Source: an uncultured Gammaproteobacteria bacterium
GTDB lineage: Bacteria; Patescibacteriota; Microgenomatia; UBA10105; UBA927
DNA length: 64,000 bases
Assembly (NCBI GenBank): GCA_964448085.1
Contig: CAYUUX010000003.1
Location: forward strand, 5,865-69,864
Direction of reading: 5' to 3'
The position numbers and the translations under genes are program-made. How positions within the stretch are numbered: position 1 is the first letter of the stretch; every line of letters starts with the position of its first letter. Of this stretch, positions 37,515 to 47,458 are shown piece after piece. A model generated the notes under the pieces. It was not told where the DNA came from. It worked only from the letters and a program-made list of their open reading frames with translations, and did no database searches.

Positions 37515-38456
37515 TTATCCGCCTATTCCGTAGATGACCAAGAGTACGGAGCTTGCCCATAAGACAACAGTTGTTAATAGCGGGAGATCTGAGGTCAAAA
37601 CTTTTTCTGGAGACTCTCCTTTTCCTTCGTAAATCAACTGCATGTATCGCATAATGCCGTACAATACGAATGGGATCGTAATCATCATCCACTTCCTGTC
37701 AGAAATAGCAGTAAAATTTCCTATAGCCGAGTTGGTAAAAAGTATCCCTTTGTTCGCGGGTTTTTCCAAAAATGTGTAATATACATACGTGATGAATGTT
37801 GAATTCGCAAACATTGCAGTAAATGTATCAAGGAGTTTTTCGGAATAGTGCAACAGGCTATCACGCGTGTCTTTTGGAACAACCCCCTCATATCCTTGAA
37901 TAAGCGTGAGTTCCGCACGACGTTTTCCCGTTGCAAGAAAGAGTGCTAAAGAAAGAACTGCTAACGCAAGCCATATGGAGATGTGATACCCCGTCGCTGC
38001 CTCTCCAGCGTAGACACGTATGAAATACGCAGTCGTTATTGCAAGAATATCAATGATGCTGATATGTTTCAAAATGAGCGAGTAGCTATATTGAAGAAGC
38101 ACAAAGCCAATGGCAAGGAGTAAGAATGTCGTTCCGACGGACGCAGCGATACCAATGCCAATGATAAAAAGAAGCGCTGATGATAAAAGCGCAACGTGCG
38201 TTGATATTTTTCCGCTTGCAACAGGACGGAATTTTTTAAACGGGTGCTTTCTGTCCTTTGGTGCGTCGAGCACATCATTGACGATATATCCTGATGAGGA
38301 AAGGCAGCAAAACGATAGAAAAGCCAAGAAAGTTGAGAAAAAATACTGCGATGTGAATAGGGTGCCCGTAAAGAGTATTGGGGTAAAAACAGCGAGATTT
38401 TTTAACCATTGTCTTGGTCGCGCGGTTTTGAAAATTGCGAAAAGAAGTTGACCCAT
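37515..38456 (-). CDS. UbiA-family polyprenyl-phosphate phosphoribosyltransferase (DPPR synthase-like)
   Basis: RPRQWLKN, YIVNDVLDAPKDRKHPFKKFRPVASG, YSLILKH, GKRRAEL. Confidence 0.9.
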   Translation of the reverse strand: MGQLLFAIFKTARPRQWLKNLAVFTPILFTGTLFTSQYFFSTFLAFLSFCCLSSSGYIVNDVLDAPKDRKHPFKKFRPVASGKISTHVALLSSALLFIIGIGIAASVGTTFLLLAIGFVLLQYSYSLILKHISIIDILAITTAYFIRVYAGEAATGYHISIWLALAVLSLALFLATGKRRAELTLIQGYEGVVPKDTRDSLLHYSEKLLDTFTAMFANSTFITYVYYTFLEKPANKGILFTNSAIGNFTAISDRKWMMITIPFVLYGIMRYMQLIYEGKGESPEKVLTSDLPLLTTVVLWASSVLLVIYGIGG

Positions 38457-39505
38457 AGAAAAAATCCTCCGATGCCAACAGCAATTAAGAATAATGTGAA
38501 TATTTTTTGTCTGCTATTAACCGTTAATGCAATTGCACCCAGTATAGCCGAGAGCATCCAGTAAAACAAGGCAATTCTTCGTTTGCCCCAACCAGCTTTC
38601 AGAAGGACATGATGGAGATGTTTTTTGTCTGCCCAGACAGGTGACCCTCCTTTAACTATTCTTCTGATAAGCGTGTACACAGCATCCACGGTTGGAATTC
38701 CGAGCACGAGCAGGGCAGTACCAAGTTTTCCGTAAGACAAAATCGCAAGGATTCCAAGGAGGAAACCGGCGAGTGTTTTACCACTATATCCCGGCATAAT
38801 CTTTTGTGGGTAGAAATTCCACGGAAGAAAACCTGCATATGCACCGGATACGATAAATGACAATATGGTGATTGGGAGCTGTGAAGCGTCGTGTATGCTA
38901 TAGCGAAGAGACAATATGCCGATGATGGCGGCGCTTATGGAAACAAATCCCGGCATTTGACCCTCAACGCCAGCGGACCAACCAACGATATTTGTGGTCC
39001 ACATTAACCATAGAAAGGCGACGAGCGCCGACCATACAAGGAGGGAGTGTGTTCCAAACAGATTGATGGGTATGCGCCAGGAATCAAGGTGTAAAACACC
39101 GCCGCTCAGCGGATTTGTGATGTATGGTATCCCTGCCCCAGCACAAACTGCAATACCTATTGCTAACGTATTCGTGACGATACGAATATACGGACTGATA
39201 TCTTTCACATCATCTAAGAGGCCGACGGTGGTAAAAATCAGGCAAGAAATGAGCAAGCCGATAAATAATTTATTTATCGGCAACAGCAGGAGAGCAACTG
39301 CTGTGATGCCAATAAACAACGCCAGACCTCCCGCTCGTGGAATGACTCCCGTATGTGTGTGCGCAGGATGCAGTCTTTTTTTGGGATCATCTACTAGGCC
39401 AAATTTTTTTGCTATGCGTATCACGAGGGGCGTAATGGCTGTCGTGACTAAAAAGGAAAGAAGAAAAGGGATAAGAATGGCCAATGTCCACATAGAGAGA
39501 TTCAT
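38402..39505 (-). CDS. WecA/TagO-like polyprenyl-phosphate GlcNAc-1-P transferase (MraY family)
   Basis: PRAGG, GLLDD, NFYPQKIMPG, DKKHLHH; ATGA overlap at 39502-39505. Confidence 0.9.
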   Translation of the reverse strand: MNLSMWTLAILIPFLLSFLVTTAITPLVIRIAKKFGLVDDPKKRLHPAHTHTGVIPRAGGLALFIGITAVALLLLPINKLFIGLLISCLIFTTVGLLDDVKDISPYIRIVTNTLAIGIAVCAGAGIPYITNPLSGGVLHLDSWRIPINLFGTHSLLVWSALVAFLWLMWTTNIVGWSAGVEGQMPGFVSISAAIIGILSLRYSIHDASQLPITILSFIVSGAYAGFLPWNFYPQKIMPGYSGKTLAGFLLGILAILSYGKLGTALLVLGIPTVDAVYTLIRRIVKGGSPVWADKKHLHHVLLKAGWGKRRIALFYWMLSAILGAIALTVNSRQKIFTLFLIAVGIGGFFLWVNFFSQFSKPRDQDNG

Positions 39506-39900
39506 GTAATAATCAAAATTATTTTGATCAACGTAATTAAAGACATAACACTTATCACAAAGGAACCAATTGAAAGAATTTGTGAGAACACAAGATACTC
39601 TGCAATAAGTGATGCAGAGAGAAGACTGTTGATTGTGTTCCAAAGAAGAGAAGAGAGTGGTAGTATAAATAACCAATAGGGTGAGGTAAGTCTGTCAAGT
39701 CCCCAAGGCCTTGAATACCATAGTGGGACAACAGGTGGAAATGAATGAAAGGAAACAAGAATCAAGATTATTCCAATAAACGATGAGAATATCGCTCCAT
39801 ACATGGTCCAACGGATGATTGTGTTTTGTCTTAATCGTTGAGACGATTCAGCAACCATAGTAAAAAATTGGCGCATGGATGATAATGTAAAAACGCTCAT
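39502..39900 (-). CDS. Small three-TM membrane protein (DUF1648-like)
   Basis: PPVVPLWYSRPWG between TM helices. Confidence 0.7.
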   Translation of the reverse strand: MSVFTLSSMRQFFTMVAESSQRLRQNTIIRWTMYGAIFSSFIGIILILVSFHSFPPVVPLWYSRPWGLDRLTSPYWLFILPLSSLLWNTINSLLSASLIAEYLVFSQILSIGSFVISVMSLITLIKIILIIT

Positions 39901-39901
39901 A

Positions 39902-41239
39902 TTATTTTGCTTGCGATTGATGATTTATGAGTGGAAGGTCATACGCAATCGAATAGGTTTGATCTTCATGGAGGACAAAAGCGCGTGTTGGATAAGATGG
40001 ATATGTTGTTCTCATAAAGTTCGGTTCTACAATTGCATCTCCTACATACCATGGAAAAGCTCCGTTTGCAGGATTGAACAAAAAGACTCTGGTGGGATTT
40101 TGTGCGTAGTATTTTGCTTCAAATAGTACCAGAGGGCTCTCAACATAGATAACATCGTTTGGACCAATCAGAGAATTAATTTCTTTCATGGGTGTACGGT
40201 AATCGGATTTCATGTGTTGCTGGGGATACCATATGTTCATAAGGATGTTAAACAGAAGAAGAATCCCCACGAGGACAATTTGGATGATTTTTTGTCGTAG
40301 CGACGCGAGTGCAAACCCGATCGAAAACACTTCTGCGATGGTAACTGCTGTGAGATACCGATTAACATAAATTGGTTCAAAGAAGGAAAATCCAATAACA
40401 ATGCTAAGCGGAAGAAAAATAAGCAGAACAAAAAAACCAGACTTTATCCTCTGTGATTTTGGGATAAGCGATATGGCAAAAATCAAAAGAAGAAACAAGG
40501 AAAGATAGTGTGTGTAGCCCCATCCGTACCACGGAGTGCCCTCATAGCCAACATACAGGTTTCCCAAAACAGATTTGATAAGGTGCCAATCGACAGGAAA
40601 GTACCAACTGGTTTGAAATTTAGGAACGCTGGTGGCTATCCATATAAGCCACGGGAGAACGAAAAGTCCAATTGTAAGAAGACTTCGTATAAATTGATCT
40701 TTTATGAGAAAGGGAACCGAGAGAATCTTTTTGCGGTGCACAAGAATGTAATGGATGGCACACACAAAAGGAACAATAGCAACATATTCATGGGTATAGA
40801 ATCCCAAAATAGAGAAAACACTAAACCAAAGCCACCGGGCATTTAGATAACTTGCTACAATTCCCATTGTAAAGAACATGTACCAGCCATACGCGCGTGC
40901 CTCAAATGCATAATATAAAAGCATTGGGTTAAGGAAGAAAAGTATGGGTACTATTCTTTGAATCCACATTTTTTTGAACAACTGTTCTGAAAGACGGACA
41001 ACAATGACAAGGGCGAGCGCAAATCCGAGAAGTGAAAATGAGCGAACGGCAATTTCCCCTTGTCCGAATATTTTCATCCAATAATGAAGGAGTATGTAAT
41101 AGAAGGGTGGATCAAATGATGATTTGGTTATAATAAACGGGATGGATTTTGCCGCAAAAAATACGGAAAAAACTTCATCACGCCATAAAGGTTGTAATAA
41201 ATAGAGGAGTGGAGAGTGTAGCAATATGTTGTTGAACAT
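39902..41239 (-). CDS. GT-C fold glycosyltransferase (GT39/PMT-like)
   Basis: LWRDE, PPFYYILL, RSFS, EARAY; multiple TM helices. Confidence 0.88.
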   Translation of the reverse strand: MFNNILLHSPLLYLLQPLWRDEVFSVFFAAKSIPFIITKSSFDPPFYYILLHYWMKIFGQGEIAVRSFSLLGFALALVIVVRLSEQLFKKMWIQRIVPILFFLNPMLLYYAFEARAYGWYMFFTMGIVASYLNARWLWFSVFSILGFYTHEYVAIVPFVCAIHYILVHRKKILSVPFLIKDQFIRSLLTIGLFVLPWLIWIATSVPKFQTSWYFPVDWHLIKSVLGNLYVGYEGTPWYGWGYTHYLSLFLLLIFAISLIPKSQRIKSGFFVLLIFLPLSIVIGFSFFEPIYVNRYLTAVTIAEVFSIGFALASLRQKIIQIVLVGILLLFNILMNIWYPQQHMKSDYRTPMKEINSLIGPNDVIYVESPLVLFEAKYYAQNPTRVFLFNPANGAFPWYVGDAIVEPNFMRTTYPSYPTRAFVLHEDQTYSIAYDLPLINHQSQAK

Positions 41240-41249
41240 AGCCTCCGTA

Positions 41250-42728
41250 TTATACCTTTTCTGTTACCCTGTATTCCAATCGTTTGCCAAGCATTAATCG
41301 GGTGTGCGCGTCTAATCCTGGAAGAGCGGATAGGAAAAAGGAAATTATCGGAATGGTAAACCATTGCAGATATAAAAAGGGGAGTTTCCATGCGGCGTAT
41401 TCCTTTGGTTTAGGCGGTCGAATGCGCCAATCGATGACAAAAACTATCACAAGAAATATTGTGGAAAGCGTGAGAATGCTCGAAGAAATTTGCGCAAGAT
41501 TGTGTCCAAGAACCGTGCGGCCGAACGCCGGATTCACAAGTGGAGGAATAGTGCTGCCAATCGTTAAGAGAAACCAATTGGCCGGCCAAAAAATATGATG
41601 CTCCAATATAGAAATAACCCGTCGAAGACGGTCCCGCAAGGGGATTTCTGAATGAAGAAAGGCGTTTCTGATTACAAAAGGAATGTCAGACACTCCCCAA
41701 GCCCAACGCTTTGACTGCTCATATTGATTGATTGCGGTGCGGAAAAAACCGTGGCTTTCCGCAGCATCCACTAAAACCGGCAAGAATAGCCCCTCCGTTT
41801 TTACCAATTTTCCTTTTGCAAAATATACCTTGAAAAAAAGATGATAATCTTCAGGAATAACGTCCACATCCCAATACCCAACGTCAATGATGGTTGAGAG
41901 TGAGATGGAATACGTGGAAAAATTAATAAAACGGGAAGTTTGAGAAAGAAGGGATAAATTCCAAATACTGTTTATGGTATTAAATAACCTATTCGGCATC
42001 GGTATACGCCAAATATTTGAATAAAAAAGAATTGCCCCCTGATAAAAGTGATACATGCGAGATGAATCAGTGAGAAACCGATAGGTAAGACAAGAGTAGT
42101 ATTTTGGGTGAAGAAGTGCATCAGCGTCACACGACGTTACTGTTGAAAAGTCTGTTTCAATCGAGTTTTTCAATTGTTGGACAACCTGCTTTGCAGCCCA
42201 TGCCATGTTGGATGATTTTCCTGCGACTTCATTCGGTAAGACCGGATGTTCTGTAACAAGAAAAGCGCCGAATTTCCCTCCGTATTCTTTACGAAGTATG
42301 GTGCTTGTATTTTGCGCATCCGGATCCTTTTTTTCCGTCGCAAGCACGACAATCAACCGTTTTTTGGGAAAATCCTGTAGAACAAGATTGTCCAACGTTC
42401 TGCGAAGTATATGAAGCGGTTCTTTGTATTCGGGTATGATTACGATATGTCGTACGCGATCGAAATCTGGAAGCGATTGCGCTCGCGAAAGCCAATCTAC
42501 TTTAATATGTGCCTGCATTGTTAAATAGGATCGAACTGCGGAATATCCGAGTGTGAAGGATTTATAAAACCAATAAATATCGAAAGTGATAATAATATAT
42601 GCAACCAGAGCGGGATGCCAAAAAGAAAGCCATAAAGGCATTGTGATAAGTACCCACGAGGTAAGGGGAATGGAAATTTCCAAAAACCTTTGTGTTTTAT
42701 TTGGGTAGAGAAGAAATAATCGGCGCAT
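41250..42728 (-). CDS. Processive membrane GT2 glycosyltransferase
   Basis: GKSSN, DAD, PED, QSKRWAWG (QxxRW). Confidence 0.9.
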   Translation of the reverse strand: MRRLFLLYPNKTQRFLEISIPLTSWVLITMPLWLSFWHPALVAYIIITFDIYWFYKSFTLGYSAVRSYLTMQAHIKVDWLSRAQSLPDFDRVRHIVIIPEYKEPLHILRRTLDNLVLQDFPKKRLIVVLATEKKDPDAQNTSTILRKEYGGKFGAFLVTEHPVLPNEVAGKSSNMAWAAKQVVQQLKNSIETDFSTVTSCDADALLHPKYYSCLTYRFLTDSSRMYHFYQGAILFYSNIWRIPMPNRLFNTINSIWNLSLLSQTSRFINFSTYSISLSTIIDVGYWDVDVIPEDYHLFFKVYFAKGKLVKTEGLFLPVLVDAAESHGFFRTAINQYEQSKRWAWGVSDIPFVIRNAFLHSEIPLRDRLRRVISILEHHIFWPANWFLLTIGSTIPPLVNPAFGRTVLGHNLAQISSSILTLSTIFLVIVFVIDWRIRPPKPKEYAAWKLPFLYLQWFTIPIISFFLSALPGLDAHTRLMLGKRLEYRVTEKV

Positions 42729-42764
42729 ACGAACAATCCATAGTATTGTATCACGAGGAAGGGG

Positions 42765-43460
42765 TTAACGCACTTCGGGGAACCCTATCGTGTCAGCCTT
42801 GCGGAATATAAAATAAAGCACAAAAACCTTAAAAACTCGAAGAAAAAGTCCTTTTTCAAAACCTCGTCTTCCCGATGCGCTGACATATTCTTTTTGTGTG
42901 AAGAGTATTTTGCCGGCGGTCATGAGGCGGCGCGCAATTTCAATGTCTTCCGCCATGCGAAAATGGGTCGGAATACCTCCAACTGCAAGGGCGGTTTTTT
43001 TAAAAAAAGCCATGTTTTGGCCAGTTGCCATTGGCATGCGAAACAAGAAAAACAGAACACTATTCAGAATGGGTTGTACTACGTTTATATAAAAACGATA
43101 GAAGGGGGGGCCATCAAAGACGCGAAAACCGCCAAAATACCCAACAACACCAGGTTTTGATAATGCGGTATCAATCCTGTTGAGCCAGTCGTGAGGTAAC
43201 AGCGCGTCTGCATCGGTAAACGCGACGACATCACTTTTTGCAGCCTCGATGCCTTTTTGTCGGGAGAAACCGATGGTTCCTTTGGGTACCGTTAATACAA
43301 CAGCGCCGGCTTGGCGCGCAATACGAACAGTGTCGTCAGTTGATGACGCGTCAACAACGATGATCTCATCCGGTTTTTTGTCGAGCTTGTTAAGCGTCGC
43401 TAACGTCTTCGGAAGAAGCTTTTCTTCATTGAGTGCGGGAATAACAACAGAAATTTTCAT
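42765..43460 (-). CDS. GT2 glycosyltransferase
   Basis: ISVVIPALNEE, VDASSTDDT, TDAD, GG..AED, SGRR. Confidence 0.93.
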   Translation of the reverse strand: MKISVVIPALNEEKLLPKTLATLNKLDKKPDEIIVVDASSTDDTVRIARQAGAVVLTVPKGTIGFSRQKGIEAAKSDVVAFTDADALLPHDWLNRIDTALSKPGVVGYFGGFRVFDGPPFYRFYINVVQPILNSVLFFLFRMPMATGQNMAFFKKTALAVGGIPTHFRMAEDIEIARRLMTAGKILFTQKEYVSASGRRGFEKGLFLRVFKVFVLYFIFRKADTIGFPEVR

Positions 43461-43515
43461 AATAAGTTTATGCTATCAGAAAATTGTATAGTTTGTCATT
43501 ATAAACTATACTAGG

Positions 43516-44787
43516 ATGGTAAATATGCCGATAGAACAACAAATACCAACAGTTATGAAGATTCAAGGCGAACGCTTTGGTACTGAGGGTATGTTCACGA
43601 CGATAAAACACGTAATCGGTGTTCAGACGGAACAAGTTGGGAAGGTAGACTATTCTGTAAACATAATTCGTCGAGAACATAATCCCCATTTAGGAAAAGA
43701 ACAAAATCAAGGTGAGAAAAAGCAAATACTGTTAATGTCGGGACTTGATACATCTGGTACGGATTGGCTTCGAATGGCAGAACAATTGATGTTGGATATG
43801 CCAAACGTTGAACAACTAACGCTTCTTGATCACCCTTCACATTCTGGAGTCCGTCATGAACGAACAAATGTCGCACTTAATACAAATTCATTTGAAAACT
43901 CTGCAAAGGTAGTATCAAAAGCAATGGAAACGTTACTTGAACGAGGAGAGATAAAGAAAGGACAGACAGCGATAGGTATATCAACTGGGTGTGCTGTAAT
44001 TGAAGAGGTTGTTGCAATGAATCCGAAAATGATTGACAGACTTGTTTTGTGTGCACCAGCAAGTATGCTTGATAGAACTGAAGAAAAAATGGTAAAAGGT
44101 GGGGCGCATGGAGGAATGGAATATTTAAAACAGTTTTTTAGTGATCTTTTTAGAAAAATTCCTGATAAATATTTAAAACCTAAAGCAGAACGAGCACAAG
44201 CTGCACCAGTTGCTATTGTAATTTCTATTCCAAAAGCATCAGATGCTATACCCGCTGAAGACCTAAAAAACATTCGTTTTAAAAATTTTATTTTTGAAAC
44301 AGCTTTTTCTATAGGAAGAAAATTCCCTCGTTTTTGGCAACACTTTACTGGTATGTGGGGTGACGGGAATCCACACGTTCCTATCATAAAAGCAGATTAT
44401 AAAAAAGATCTTGCGCTTGTTTCAAAAAATACAACAGAAAAAGCAAGAGAAAAAATATCAGGAAAAAAGGTTGTTGTTGTATTAGGTATGGATGATCACG
44501 CTGTTCCACCTGAAGAATTTTTGTTGAAAGAGGATAAGACACATCTTGAAACAATCACTGATCAAAATGAAAAATCGGAAAAAACAATTGACACAATTAT
44601 TTCTAGAGTAAAAGGAAAGTTTAAAAATAACGCAGATACAACTGTTGTGTTAGCTGTCGGGGGGCCTGATACACACGTTGGGTTAAAGACAAATACAGAG
44701 CTGTTCGGACCAGTTATCGCAAATATATTAAAGCCAATTGTGCCAGAAAAATCATGGACAAGAGAGTCAGGATGGCAAAAACCGTAA
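43516..44787 (+). CDS. Alpha/beta hydrolase fold protein, AT-rich gene
   Basis: GISTG nucleophile elbow, LVLCAPA, GMDDHAVP, DTHVG. Confidence 0.7.
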   Translation: MVNMPIEQQIPTVMKIQGERFGTEGMFTTIKHVIGVQTEQVGKVDYSVNIIRREHNPHLGKEQNQGEKKQILLMSGLDTSGTDWLRMAEQLMLDMPNVEQLTLLDHPSHSGVRHERTNVALNTNSFENSAKVVSKAMETLLERGEIKKGQTAIGISTGCAVIEEVVAMNPKMIDRLVLCAPASMLDRTEEKMVKGGAHGGMEYLKQFFSDLFRKIPDKYLKPKAERAQAAPVAIVISIPKASDAIPAEDLKNIRFKNFIFETAFSIGRKFPRFWQHFTGMWGDGNPHVPIIKADYKKDLALVSKNTTEKAREKISGKKVVVVLGMDDHAVPPEEFLLKEDKTHLETITDQNEKSEKTIDTIISRVKGKFKNNADTTVVLAVGGPDTHVGLKTNTELFGPVIANILKPIVPEKSWTRESGWQKP

Positions 44788-44792
44788 AGGAT

Positions 44793-45563
44793 TTACGTAG
44801 TAAGATGAAATAGTTGTTCCGCGTTTTTAGTTGTTTGTTCTTCAACTTCTTTTTGATTTTTTCCCTGAAGCTCTGCTATTTTATGTGCAATGAGCGGAAC
44901 ATATTTTGGCTCTGATCGTTCTCCTCGGTGTCCTTCTGGTGGGAGGTATGGAGAGTCTGTTTCAAGAAGGAGTCGATATAAGGGGATAGATGGAATGATC
45001 ATGGCAAGTTGTTTGGAATAGGTTGCATTTCCGTCCAGTCCTATATAAAAACCGCGATCAACAATGTTTCTTATATCTTCTATCCCACCGCTAAAACAAT
45101 GAAACACTCCGCGTGGCATGGTAGGCAATTGATCAAGAACAGTAAATATATCTGAAAATGCATCGCGGCTATGGATTATTACCGGAAGGTCGCGTTTAAT
45201 CGCGATGCGAAGTTGTATGTCAAATAATTGTTTCTGATCCTCCTTTTTTCCGGTTGCAGAAAATCCTTTGTATTGGTGATAATCAAGACCACATTCGCCA
45301 ACTGCAACTGTATGATGAGAAATTACTCTTTCGATATCTTGTGAAGAAAAATGCTGTTCCGCGTTATATGGGTGGATGCCGACTGCTGCATAAATTGTGT
45401 TTGGATGACAAGAGGCAAGATCGGCAGCACTGATCGATGTTTTTATATCATCACCGGGATTGATAAATTTTTTAACCCCCGCCTTTTTTGCGTTCCCTAT
45501 GACCATGGAACGGTCAACATCAAAATCGCTGAAATTGAGATGACAATGGGTATCAATATACAT
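44793..45563 (-). CDS. tatD: TatD family deoxyribonuclease
   Basis: IDTHCH, GIHP, VGECGLD, IHSR, FHCF, ETDSPY. Confidence 0.96.
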   Translation of the reverse strand: MYIDTHCHLNFSDFDVDRSMVIGNAKKAGVKKFINPGDDIKTSISAADLASCHPNTIYAAVGIHPYNAEQHFSSQDIERVISHHTVAVGECGLDYHQYKGFSATGKKEDQKQLFDIQLRIAIKRDLPVIIHSRDAFSDIFTVLDQLPTMPRGVFHCFSGGIEDIRNIVDRGFYIGLDGNATYSKQLAMIIPSIPLYRLLLETDSPYLPPEGHRGERSEPKYVPLIAHKIAELQGKNQKEVEEQTTKNAEQLFHLTT

Positions 45564-45619
45564 AGGTTTTTTGATAAGTACCAATAATAACAGTAAGCGT
45601 CTAGAAACTCCAACCGCGC

Positions 45620-47047
45620 TTAAAGTATCCGGGGAAACATCGGCGCTTGTGGAGTTATCGTCGGACCTTTAAATTGGGTAAGGATATGCTCTGCTGTTAT
45701 TGGGAGGAACGGTTGTAACAACACTGCGATGGTAAGAATCTGCTGAATCATATTTTGTAAAATAGTCACGCGCTTTTCTGGAGGATACTTCCATGGTTTC
45801 TCATCATTTAGCGTTTTATCACAAAGTTTTATGCGTTCCCATATGAGCGCAAGAGCGTCATGGAGCCTATATTCCTCAATAGCGTTTTTATAGGAGCCTT
45901 CGTATACATCCTGATAGCTTGGGATGTTGGGTGTGTAAGAGACTGTATCCGAAAGTTTGGCAACGCGTGAGAGAAGGTTACCGAGTCCGTTTGCAAGATC
46001 TGCGTTATACAGTTCTTTCAGTCGACGTTCTGAGAAATCCCCATCCGCATATGTTGGGAGCTCTCGAAGAAAATAATATCGGAGGGTTTCAGAACCATAG
46101 GAAGAAATGAGCATTTCGGGATCGATGATGTTCCCAACGGTTTTACTCATTTTCTGTCCGTTGACAGTAAAGTATCCATGGACAAGGAGGGTTTTTGGAA
46201 TCGGTAATCCCGCCGACATAAGAAATGCAGGCCAATATATTGCATGAAAACGCGTAATACCTTTCCCGATCACATGGAGATCTGCAGGCCACCACTTTGA
46301 ATATGAGTCGGTATTCCATCCAAATCCAATGCCGGATTGATAGATATTAAGCGCGTCAAACCAAACGTACATGCGTTGTGACGGATCGTTGGGAACGGGG
46401 ACCCCCCATTGTTTTGCCCGCTGATTGCTTCTTGATATGCTTATGTCTTGAAGCGGTTGACGAAGGAAGGCAAGCATTTCATTTTTTCTCACTTCAGGAA
46501 CGATTTTGAGGGTCCCGGAATCGATTAAGTTGATCAATTTATCTTGATATGATGACAACCGGAAAAAATAATTTTCTTCTTTTACAAGGTCCAGTTTTTT
46601 CCCTGGGTGTTCGATACACTCCCCGTGTTCATCCAGCTCATCCTTCGTGTAATATTGTTCGCAGCCAATGCAGTAAAGCCCCTCATAGGATTTTTTGTAA
46701 ATATCATGTTGACAAAGACCCCAAAGTTTTTGGCTGGCTGGATAATGTTTTTGAGTGTCACTTCCTTTTTGGAATACGTCAAAAAGAACGTGAAGATGAT
46801 CAGCGAGCTTCTTGAAGAGTTGTGAATTCGTGTCAATAAACTGTTGTAATGGTACGCCGGCTTTTTCCGCTGCCTGTACATTTTTTAAGGCGTTCTCGTC
46901 ACCTCCGGACAAAAGACACGTGTCATGTCCAAGGAGCCTATGGATTCGGGCAATTGTATCCGCCTGGACAAATTCAAGCGCGTGACCGACATGTGGTGCG
47001 GCATTGACGTAGGGAATAGCTGTGGTGATATAAAACTTTTCCTTCAT
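45620..47047 (-). CDS. metG: Methionyl-tRNA synthetase (short form)
   Basis: YVNAAPHVGH, YVWFDAL, KMSKT; CIGCE Zn knuckle. Confidence 0.97.
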   Translation of the reverse strand: MKEKFYITTAIPYVNAAPHVGHALEFVQADTIARIHRLLGHDTCLLSGGDENALKNVQAAEKAGVPLQQFIDTNSQLFKKLADHLHVLFDVFQKGSDTQKHYPASQKLWGLCQHDIYKKSYEGLYCIGCEQYYTKDELDEHGECIEHPGKKLDLVKEENYFFRLSSYQDKLINLIDSGTLKIVPEVRKNEMLAFLRQPLQDISISRSNQRAKQWGVPVPNDPSQRMYVWFDALNIYQSGIGFGWNTDSYSKWWPADLHVIGKGITRFHAIYWPAFLMSAGLPIPKTLLVHGYFTVNGQKMSKTVGNIIDPEMLISSYGSETLRYYFLRELPTYADGDFSERRLKELYNADLANGLGNLLSRVAKLSDTVSYTPNIPSYQDVYEGSYKNAIEEYRLHDALALIWERIKLCDKTLNDEKPWKYPPEKRVTILQNMIQQILTIAVLLQPFLPITAEHILTQFKGPTITPQAPMFPRIL

Positions 47048-47087
47048 GTTCTTGTATTATACAGCCTCTATTTGATGAAGACATTGG

Positions 47088-47414
47088 TTACATTTTTTTG
47101 GTTTGTTTCCACAAACGAACAAGAGAGATGGCACAGAAGAGAAGCAGTATGCCGTATATGGGGTGGCGTAAATTAAATGAACGGAGAAGAAAGTAGACGC
47201 AAAAGGACCCTGCAACGATAATTGCAAAACGTAGATTGGCAAAGAGAAAAAGGAGGAAAAAAAATAATGTTCCTGCGAGCAGGCCATAGAAAACAACATA
47301 CTGCCAGATTGAATCTGGGCCAATTGTGGTGATAAACCATGAAAATGCGGATAAAAGTACGATGCTAATAAGAAGGTGTGAAAAATTTCTTTGGTGAGAG
47401 AGAAACTGGTGCAT
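47088..47414 (-). CDS. Small four-TM membrane protein
   Basis: Hydrophobic ORF; ATG 47414 lies 6 nt after TACAAT on the minus strand. Confidence 0.65.
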   Translation of the reverse strand: MHQFLSHQRNFSHLLISIVLLSAFSWFITTIGPDSIWQYVVFYGLLAGTLFFFLLFLFANLRFAIIVAGSFCVYFLLRSFNLRHPIYGILLLFCAISLVRLWKQTKKM

Positions 47415-47458
47415 AGTTCTATTGTACCGCTTGCATGTCGATGTTAGAATAACCCCAC

